Positions 47,029 through 54,315 of a DNA stretch of 64,000 nt are shown here, one piece after another. The first letter of the stretch is position 1, and the number at the start of each line of letters is the position of its first letter. The position numbers were made by a program, and so were the translations under genes. Origin of the DNA: an uncultured Candidatus Binatia bacterium (GTDB lineage: Bacteria; Desulfobacterota; Binatia; UBA9968; JAJDTQ01); contig OZ251459.1 in assembly GCA_965242525.1 (NCBI GenBank), positions 2,537,037 through 2,601,036 of the forward strand, in the 5' to 3' direction. The notes beneath the pieces are model-generated. The model saw only the letters and a list, made by a program, of their open reading frames with translations. It made no database searches and was not told the DNA's origin.

Positions 47029-49672
47029 GTCCCCGGCGTGAAGTTGCAATGGCATCCATGACCGGCATGTTCGAAGAGCGGTTGCAGTCATGTAGCTCCC
47101 CGATTCGGGGCTTGGCGGGCTGGATAGCTCTCGCCTCGTTCGTGGCGATGCTTTCCTCGTGCGGGGGAGGCGGCGGGACGTCGCCCCTTTCGGGACCGTC
47201 CCGGTCGGGGCCCTCGCCCGTGCCGGTGCCGCCCGCGCTGCCGCCCGCAGCACCGCCATCACAGCCATCACAGCCGGAGCCGACACAGCCGACACAGCCA
47301 CAGCCGACACCGGCGCCGCCATCACAGCCGGCGCCATCTCCACCGCAGACGGCGGGCACTACGGTGCGCGCGTTTGCTTCGGAGGTTCGCTACACCTCCC
47401 CTGCGGGCCACCCCAGGCCGGCGACCACCATCTACAGGGCCGAAACCCTGGAGCCTGCGACGAACCCCCGGACCGCCAGTTCCTGGGAGACCAGCGAGTA
47501 CAACGCCCAGGCCGGCCTGGGGTTGATCCGCGCAAGCACGGGATACGCGGCGCGCACCACCGGGCGGCCGGGCGGCGGCGGCAAGACCATCGCCATCGTT
47601 GACCAACTGATCCCCGTTGACGACCACGAGTCCGTCGGCCATCCCGATTTGCAGGGCGCGAGGGCGGTGACCATCTCGGGACGGGGAATTACCGGCACCC
47701 ACGGAGCGCGCGTCGCCGGAGTCGCCGCCGCCCGGCGCAACGGATTCGGGATGCACGGGGTCGCCTACAACGCGAACATCGTCAACATCCCTTCCTCCGA
47801 CAGCCGGAGGAGGGACTTCGAGGCGATCATGGCGTCCATCGCCGGCCTGACCGGGCGTTACGTGGAATGGGACTCCAGGCCCGGGGCGAGCGCCCATGTC
47901 GCGAACTTCAGCCTCGTCGTGAGGATAGGGGGCGGGCGCGACATCGAGCCCGTCAGGAGGGGGATGCGGCTCATGGCCCGGGAGGGCCGCGTGATCACCG
48001 CTTCCGCGGGGAACCTGGGGGCGCGTGACCCGACGTCCTATCCTTCCCTCGGAGTGGCGGACGAGGGGGTCGCGGGGTGGGCCATCGCGGTGGGCTCGCT
48101 GGACGCGACGGGCGAGGCCGCGTCGTCGTCGAGCAACCGGTGCGGCAGGGTCAAGAGGTGGTGCCTGTTCGCGCCGGGGGACGGAATCAACTCCACCAGC
48201 GGCGAGTACTTCGGTACGCTCCGGAACTATCAGGTCAGTTCGGGCACGTCCTTCGCCGCGCCGCACGTGGCCGGGGCCGTGGCCGCGGTCTGGGGCGCGT
48301 TTCCGAACAAGACCGGCACGCAGATCGTCGATCGCATCCTGAGCACCGCCCGGCAAGTGGACTCCGCAAACGGCGCTTACGACGCCGACGGCCTTTCCGC
48401 CATCTACGGCCATGGCGCCCTCGACCTCGGCGCGGCGATGAACCCGGTGGGCTTCACCAGCCTGGCGGTGGGCGGCTCCGGGACGGTCCCGGTGCGGCGG
48501 AGTTTCGTCTCCCTGCCGCCGGGATTCCGGCATCGCCCCACCGCGGCGCTGCGGGACGCCATCGTCTATGACACCCAGATGTTCCCGTTCCTGCACGACC
48601 TGAACGGCGCGGTTCGAGCGCACCGCTGGCGTTCGGCCGCGAGCGCGGTGGACGATTTCCTGTCCCTGCGGCGCTACGTCCGGTGGGCGTCGCGTCCGGG
48701 CCGCCGGACCCGGTTGGAGTTGGCGGGGCCGCAACGGGACCGCACCGGCCGGGACCCGTCGGATGAGGTGCGCGGCCCCCAGTTTCTCGTGTCGGCAACG
48801 TCGGCCCTGTCGTTCCGGTTCGGTCCGAGCTTCGGAGTCCGGGGGGTTTCGAACGACTTCGTGGCCCGGCGCCTGGGGCGGGGCTTGTTCGGGGAGGGGT
48901 TCGTGGTGGGGCCGTTCACGGAGTTGGTGGGGAAAGGCGCGGCGCTGGGGGTGGACTGGCGTGGGGACGAGCGCACGCGGCTGGACTTGGTGGGGAAGGC
49001 GGGGTCGGGTTATTTCGGCGATGGACGGGCGTGGCTGGCTTCGTTCGGGGTGACCCGGGGGTTGGGGTCCGGCCTGAGTCTGGGGGCGCGCTACGGAGCG
49101 TTGCGGGAGCGGGGTTCGCTGCTGGGCATCCGGGGGAGCGGCGCGTTCCGGGGGGCTTCGGGTGGACACACGGACTTCGTGGACCTGGGGGTGGAGTGGC
49201 AGGCCGCATCCGGCCCGGTGTTTTTCGGCAGCGTCGGTCGTGGGTTGACGAAGGGCGAAGCGGGCGGCCCCGGGTCGCTGATAACGGGGTGGAGGGGAGG
49301 CCGTGGGGAGTCGTTCGCGCTGGGAGGCGAGTGGACGGACGTGTGGCGTGATGCGGACCGTCTGACCCTGTCGGCGTCTTCGCCGTTGCGTCCGCGGGGA
49401 GCGGGGATGTACGTGGACGTGCCGGACCGGGAGTTGGGGGACGGAGTGGTGGGGTACACGCGGCATTGGGTGGACCTGTCGCCTCGGGGTCGGGAATTGC
49501 GGTTGCAACTGGTGTACGAGACGGACATGGCCCCGGGAGCGGCGTTGACCCTGGGCAGTTTCCTGCGGCTGCAACCGGACCACGACCCGAGGGCGGCGTC
49601 GGAATACGGGGCGGCCGCAAGACTGCGGGTGGATTTCTGACGGGAGCGTTCTCGCGCCGGACGCCTGACAAC
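47029..49672 (+). repeat. Segmental repeat unit 1 (leader + S8 autotransporter gene + ~32 nt 3' flank)
   Basis: Shares both ends (gtccccggc.tgaagttgcaatggc... and ...tgacgggagcgttc.cgcgccggacgcctgac.acc) with unit 2. Confidence 0.85.
47049..49640 (+). CDS. Subtilisin-like (S8) serine protease lipoprotein autotransporter, NalP/SphB1-like, paralogue 1
   Basis: Lipobox AMLSSC|GGGG and a Pro/Ser/Gln linker. Catalytic D (IAIVDQ), H (GTHGARVAG) and S (SGTSFAAPHVAG). ~300-aa beta-rich C-terminus ending RLRVDF. The start is uncertain (ATG 47049, ATG 47067 or the in-frame TTG just before GWIALASF). Confidence 0.85.
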   Translation: MASMTGMFEERLQSCSSPIRGLAGWIALASFVAMLSSCGGGGGTSPLSGPSRSGPSPVPVPPALPPAAPPSQPSQPEPTQPTQPQPTPAPPSQPAPSPPQTAGTTVRAFASEVRYTSPAGHPRPATTIYRAETLEPATNPRTASSWETSEYNAQAGLGLIRASTGYAARTTGRPGGGGKTIAIVDQLIPVDDHESVGHPDLQGARAVTISGRGITGTHGARVAGVAAARRNGFGMHGVAYNANIVNIPSSDSRRRDFEAIMASIAGLTGRYVEWDSRPGASAHVANFSLVVRIGGGRDIEPVRRGMRLMAREGRVITASAGNLGARDPTSYPSLGVADEGVAGWAIAVGSLDATGEAASSSSNRCGRVKRWCLFAPGDGINSTSGEYFGTLRNYQVSSGTSFAAPHVAGAVAAVWGAFPNKTGTQIVDRILSTARQVDSANGAYDADGLSAIYGHGALDLGAAMNPVGFTSLAVGGSGTVPVRRSFVSLPPGFRHRPTAALRDAIVYDTQMFPFLHDLNGAVRAHRWRSAASAVDDFLSLRRYVRWASRPGRRTRLELAGPQRDRTGRDPSDEVRGPQFLVSATSALSFRFGPSFGVRGVSNDFVARRLGRGLFGEGFVVGPFTELVGKGAALGVDWRGDERTRLDLVGKAGSGYFGDGRAWLASFGVTRGLGSGLSLGARYGALRERGSLLGIRGSGAFRGASGGHTDFVDLGVEWQAASGPVFFGSVGRGLTKGEAGGPGSLITGWRGGRGESFALGGEWTDVWRDADRLTLSASSPLRPRGAGMYVDVPDRELGDGVVGYTRHWVDLSPRGRELRLQLVYETDMAPGAALTLGSFLRLQPDHDPRAASEYGAAARLRVDF

Positions 49673-49786
49673 CTCCCGGGGAAGGCGACGAGTCCGGGGC
49701 CGCATGGCCTTCGGAAGATGTTGACACGGGGCCGTCCTCGACCCGCACTCGAGGAAGCAAGCCAGACCTGACAGGGGGAACGATCG

Positions 49787-50197
49787 GTGACCCGGAAGCA
49801 TCTCTTGCAGGAAACGGCGGCGTGCGGCAAGTACGCCCCGCTCCACCGCCATCTTCTCGCTCTCCACACGGCGCCGGAATGGCGTGCCTCGTTCGGCGAG
49901 GTCGAGGCGATCCTGGGCTTTCGCCTGCCGGACTCCGCACGACTGCACCGCCCCTGGTGGTCGAACCGGAAAAGCGACCGCGGCCACAGCCATGCGCTCG
50001 CCTGGCAGGCGGCAGGATGGCGGACCCGCGCTGTCGATCTCGAAGCGGAGAGGCTGACCTTCGAGCGCACGGACGACGCACCCTCCCGGCGCGGTGCGTT
50101 CTCGGTCTCGGAGATCCTGCCCCCTCACGACCCCGGTCCGTGGCCCCGGGGCTTTACCGCGAGCCGCGAGCAGATCTACGGCGACGACGTCCGCTGA
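49787..50197 (+). CDS. Hypothetical protein with antitoxin-like C-terminal tail, upstream of a PIN remnant
   Basis: 136-aa GTG-initiated ORF with a GGGGGAA Shine-Dalgarno. The tail ...FTASREQIYGDDVR resembles VapB-type antitoxin ends. It stops 6 nt before the PIN fragment. Confidence 0.45.
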   Translation: MTRKHLLQETAACGKYAPLHRHLLALHTAPEWRASFGEVEAILGFRLPDSARLHRPWWSNRKSDRGHSHALAWQAAGWRTRAVDLEAERLTFERTDDAPSRRGAFSVSEILPPHDPGPWPRGFTASREQIYGDDVR

Positions 50198-50203
50198 CCG
50201 GCC

Positions 50204-50362
50204 GTGTTCATCGACACCAACGTTCTCGTCGCGGTCCGGTTCGTGACCGCGCCCCATCATGCGAGGGCCCGTGCGAGCGTCGATCGCGCTGGCGGCGGTG
50301 CGGAACCCCTGCGCATCAGCCGTCAAGTCTTGCGCGAGTCAAGGCCCAAGTCCCCGGCATGA
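50204..50362 (+). pseudogene. 5' remnant of a PIN-domain (VapC-like) toxin gene, truncated at the boundary of repeat unit 2
   Basis: GTG-initiated VFIDTNVLVAVRF...RISRQVLRE is the canonical PIN N-terminus (first acidic residue in IDTN). The frame ends after 52 codons, where the duplicated leader begins (50350). Confidence 0.45.
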
Positions 50363-53029
50363 AGTTGCAATGGCCTCCATGACCGGCGTGTTCGAAGAAC
50401 GGTTGCAGTCATGCGGCTCCCCGATTCGGGGCATGTCGGGCTGGATAGCTCTCGCCTCGTTCGTGGCAATGCTTTCCGCGTGCGGGGGAGGCGGCGGGAC
50501 GTCGTCCGTTTCGGCGCCGTCCCGGTCGGGGCCCTCGCCCGCGCCGATACCCGCGCCGCCGCCCGCAGCACCGCCGACACAGCCATCACAGCCATCACAG
50601 CCATCACAGCCGGCGCCGACACCGGCGCCGCCATCACAGCCGGCGCCATCTCCACCGCCCCCGCCGTCCCCGGCGCCCGCACCACCGTCGCCACCCCCAC
50701 CACCGGCGCAGGCGGCGGGCACTACGGTGCGCGCGTTTGCTTCGGAGGTCCGCTACACCTCTCCGGCGGGCCATCCCAGGCAGGCGACCACCACCTACAG
50801 GGCCGAAACCCTGGAGCCTGCGACGAACCCCCGGACCGCCAGTTCCTGGGAGACCAGCGAGTACAACGCCCAAGCCGGCCTGGGGCTGATCCGCGCCAGC
50901 ACGGGATACGCGGCGCGCACCACCGGGCGGCCGGGCGGCGGCGGCAGGACCATCGCCATCGTTGACCAGCTAATCCCCGTTGACGATGCCGAGTCCGTCG
51001 GCCATCCCGATTTGCAGGGCGTGGAGACGGTGACCGTCTCGGGACGGGGAAGCAGCGGCTCCCACGGAACGCGCATCGCCGGAGTCGCCGCCGCCCGGCG
51101 CAACGGATTCGGGATGCACGGGGTCGCCTACAACGCGAACATCGTCAACATCCCCTACGCCGACGACGGCCGGAGGGACTTCGAGGCGATCATGGCGTCC
51201 ATCGCCGGCCTGACCGGGCGTTACGTGGAATGGGACTCCAGGCCCGAGGCGAGCGCCCATGTCGGGAGCTTCAGCATCGGCGTGAGGGGGCCGCGCGACA
51301 TCGAGCCCGCCAGGAGGGGGATGCGGCTCATGGCCCGGGAGGGCCGCGTGATCACCGCTTCCGCGGGGAACGAGGGTGGCGCGGACCCGGCGCACTATCC
51401 TTCCCTCGGAGTGGCGGACGAGGGCGTCGCGGGGTGGGGCATCGTGGTGGGCGCGCTGGACGCGACGGGCGAGGCCGCGGCGTCGTGGAGCAACCGGTGC
51501 GGCAGGGTCAAGAGGTGGTGCCTGTTCGCGCCGGGGACGGACATCAACTCCACCAGCGGCGTTTACTTCGGTACGAGCCGGAATTATCAGGCCAGTTCGG
51601 GCACGTCCTTCGCCGCGCCGCACGTGGCCGGGGCCGTGGCCGCGGTATGGGGCGCGTTTCCGAACAAGACCGGCACGCAGATCGTCGATCGCATCCTGAG
51701 CACCGCCCGGCAGGTGGACACCGCGAACGGCGCTTACGACGCCGACGGCCTTTCCGCCATCTACGGCCACGGCGCCCTCGACCTCGGCGCGGCGATGAAC
51801 CCGGTGGGCTTCACCAGCCTGGCGGTGGGCGGTTCCGGGACGGTCCCGGTGCGGCGGAGCTTCGTCTCCCTGCCGCCGGGCTTCCGGCATCGCCCCACCG
51901 CGGCGCTGCGGGACGCCATCGTCTATGACACGCAGATGTTCCCGTTCCTGCACGACCTGAACGGCGCGGTTCGAGCGCACCGCTGGCGTTCGGCCGCGAG
52001 CGCGGTGGATGATTTCCTGTCCCTGCGGCGCTACGTCCGGTGGGCGTCGCGTCCGGGGCGCCGGACCCGGTTGGAGTCGGCAGGGTCGCAACGGGACCGC
52101 ACCGCCCGGGACCCGTCGGACGAGGTACGCGGCCCCCAGTTTCTCGTGTCGGCAACGCCGGCCCTGTCGTTCCGGTTCGGTCCGAGCTTCGGAGTCCGGG
52201 GGGTTTCGAACGACTTCGTGGCCCGGCGCCTGGGGCGGGGCTTGTTCGGGGAGGGGTTCGTGGTGGGGCCGTTCACGGAGTTGGTGGGGAAAGGCGCGGC
52301 GCTGGGGGTGGACTGGCGTGGGGACGAGCGCACGCGGCTGGACTTGGTGGGGAAGACGGGGTCGGGTTATTTCGGGGACGGTCGGGCGTGGCTGGCTTCG
52401 TTCGGGGTGACCCGGGGGTTGGGGTCCGGCCTGAGTCTGGGGGCGCGCTACGGGGCGTTGCGGGAGCGGGGTTCGCTGCTGGGCATCCGGGGGAGCGGTG
52501 CGTTCGGTGGGGCTTCGGGTGGGCGCACGGACTTCGTGGACCTGGGGGTGGAGTGGCAGGTCGCATCCGGCCCGGTGTTCTTCGGCAGCGTCGGTCGGGG
52601 TTCGACGAAGGGCGAAGCGGGCGGTTCCGGGTCGCTGATAACGGGTTGGCGGGGAGGCCGTGGCGAGTCGTTCGCGTTGGGAGGCGAGTGGTCGGACGTG
52701 TGGCGTGATGCGGACCGTCTGACCCTGTCGGCGTCTTCGCCGTTGCGTACGCGGGGGGCGGGGATGTACGTGGACGTGCCGGACCGGGAGTTGGGGGACG
52801 GAGTGGTGGGGTACACGCGGCATTGGGTGGACCTGTCGCCTCGGGGTCGGGAAGTGCGGTTGCAACTGGTGTACGAGACGGACATGGCGCCGGGTGCGGC
52901 GTTGACCCTGGGCAGCTTCCTGCGGCTGCACCCGGACCACGACCCGGGGGCGGCGTCGGAATACGGCGCGGCCGCAAGACTGCGGGTGGATTTCTGACGG
53001 GAGCGTTCCCGCGCCGGACGCCTGACGAC
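50350..53029 (+). repeat. Segmental repeat unit 2
   Basis: See unit 1. Confidence 0.85.
50370..52997 (+). CDS. S8 serine protease lipoprotein autotransporter, paralogue 2
   Basis: Same architecture (AMLSAC|GGGG, IAIVDQ, GSHGTRIAG, SGTSFAAPHVAG, ...RLRVDF). It has the longest Pro-rich linker of the three. Track start 50259 lies in unrelated upstream sequence. Confidence 0.85.
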   Translation: MASMTGVFEERLQSCGSPIRGMSGWIALASFVAMLSACGGGGGTSSVSAPSRSGPSPAPIPAPPPAAPPTQPSQPSQPSQPAPTPAPPSQPAPSPPPPPSPAPAPPSPPPPPAQAAGTTVRAFASEVRYTSPAGHPRQATTTYRAETLEPATNPRTASSWETSEYNAQAGLGLIRASTGYAARTTGRPGGGGRTIAIVDQLIPVDDAESVGHPDLQGVETVTVSGRGSSGSHGTRIAGVAAARRNGFGMHGVAYNANIVNIPYADDGRRDFEAIMASIAGLTGRYVEWDSRPEASAHVGSFSIGVRGPRDIEPARRGMRLMAREGRVITASAGNEGGADPAHYPSLGVADEGVAGWGIVVGALDATGEAAASWSNRCGRVKRWCLFAPGTDINSTSGVYFGTSRNYQASSGTSFAAPHVAGAVAAVWGAFPNKTGTQIVDRILSTARQVDTANGAYDADGLSAIYGHGALDLGAAMNPVGFTSLAVGGSGTVPVRRSFVSLPPGFRHRPTAALRDAIVYDTQMFPFLHDLNGAVRAHRWRSAASAVDDFLSLRRYVRWASRPGRRTRLESAGSQRDRTARDPSDEVRGPQFLVSATPALSFRFGPSFGVRGVSNDFVARRLGRGLFGEGFVVGPFTELVGKGAALGVDWRGDERTRLDLVGKTGSGYFGDGRAWLASFGVTRGLGSGLSLGARYGALRERGSLLGIRGSGAFGGASGGRTDFVDLGVEWQVASGPVFFGSVGRGSTKGEAGGSGSLITGWRGGRGESFALGGEWSDVWRDADRLTLSASSPLRTRGAGMYVDVPDRELGDGVVGYTRHWVDLSPRGREVRLQLVYETDMAPGAALTLGSFLRLHPDHDPGAASEYGAAARLRVDF

Positions 53030-53065
53030 CGTATCCTGCGCATTCGTGAAGGAACGGTGAAGTCC

Positions 53066-54283
53066 ATGAAGAAGAAAGCGGCTGAAGCCGCCGCGCCCAA
53101 CGGCGCATACCGGTCCTTGGTGGGCGGCATCAGCGGCGTCGTTGAGGACGCCAGACGCACCGCGGTCCGCTCTGTGAACGCGGCCATGACGGCCGCGTAC
53201 TGGTTGATCGGGCGGCACATCGTGGAGTTCGAGCAGGGCGGGAGAGACCGCGGTGAGTACGGCGGCAAAGTGGTGGAGCGGCTTGCGACGGACCTTTCCG
53301 CCCGCTACGGGCGAGGGTTCTCGGTCCGCAACCTCTGGCAGATGCGAGCGTTCTATGCAGGTTGGCCGGTCCTCCGGCCAGAACCGGCCGAGTCCGCGGC
53401 GGCGGAAAAACCGCAGACACCGTTTGCAGAATCACGGTCAAGGGAAAAACCGCAGACGGCGCCTGCAGAATCGGAGCCAACGCAAAAACTGCTGGAGGCG
53501 TCCGGAGATTCTCTGCTGGCCGGAATAGCCAGGCGCTTCCCTCTGCCATGGTCCGCCTATGTGCGCCTTCTGGCCGTCAAGAACCCAAACGCCCGTTCGT
53601 TCTACGAGGCGGAGGCCTTGCGCGCCGGCTGGTCCGTCCGTCAGCTTGACCGTCAGATCAACTCCCGGTTCTACGAGCGCACCGCCCTGTCCAGGGACAA
53701 GGCGAATATGCTCAGGAAGGGCGAGCAAGCGCAACTCGCGGATGCCGTGATACCGGAGGAAGCCATCAAGGACCCATTTGTCCTGGAGTTCCTGGACCTC
53801 AAGGACGAGTATTCCGAGAGCGACTTGGAGGACGCCCTGATCCAGCGCTTGGAGAGCTTCCTGATGGAACTCGGCGGCGACTTCTGCTTCATTGGCAGGC
53901 AACGACGCCTGCGCATCGACGACGAGTGGTACCGCGTGGACCTGATGTTCTTCCACCGAGTGCTGCGCTGCCTCGTCCTCATCGACTTGAAGGTAGGCAA
54001 GTTCACCCACGCCGATGCCGGCCAAATGCACCTCTACCTCAACTACGCCCGTGAACACTGGGTCCACGCGCACGAAAACCCGCCCGTCGGCCTGATCCTC
54101 TGCGCCCAAAAGGGAGAATCCCTCGCTCGTTACGCACTCGAAGGCTTGCCGAACAAGGTAATGGCCGCCGAATACCGCACCGCCTTGCCGGACGAAGCGT
54201 TGCTGGTGGCCGAAATCGAGCGGGCGAGAGACGAACTTGACCCGAAGAACGATCATCTCTCAGACCGGCGGGAAGGAGCATAG
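53066..54283 (+). CDS. YhcG-family PDDEXK nuclease (DUF1016)
   Basis: Blocks AYWLIGRHIVEFEQGG, YGRGFSVRNLWQMRAFY, LPWSAYVRLL, ...FYE.EA...GWSVRQLDRQI and a nuclease core YRVDLMFFH...LVLIDLKVGK. Confidence 0.85.
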   Translation: MKKKAAEAAAPNGAYRSLVGGISGVVEDARRTAVRSVNAAMTAAYWLIGRHIVEFEQGGRDRGEYGGKVVERLATDLSARYGRGFSVRNLWQMRAFYAGWPVLRPEPAESAAAEKPQTPFAESRSREKPQTAPAESEPTQKLLEASGDSLLAGIARRFPLPWSAYVRLLAVKNPNARSFYEAEALRAGWSVRQLDRQINSRFYERTALSRDKANMLRKGEQAQLADAVIPEEAIKDPFVLEFLDLKDEYSESDLEDALIQRLESFLMELGGDFCFIGRQRRLRIDDEWYRVDLMFFHRVLRCLVLIDLKVGKFTHADAGQMHLYLNYAREHWVHAHENPPVGLILCAQKGESLARYALEGLPNKVMAAEYRTALPDEALLVAEIERARDELDPKNDHLSDRREGA

Positions 54284-54315
54284 ACTTTGGCCCGATCACT
54301 TCTGCTGTCCGGAAT

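Noticed and set aside
53380-53480. Apparent repeat insertion (EKPQTPFAESRSREKPQTAPAES) in the YhcG-like nuclease.
   Set aside because: As far as I recall, YhcG/DUF1016 proteins commonly have a short repeated ..QT.S..S.. segment at this position between the two conserved halves, so it is probably a family feature rather than an insertion.
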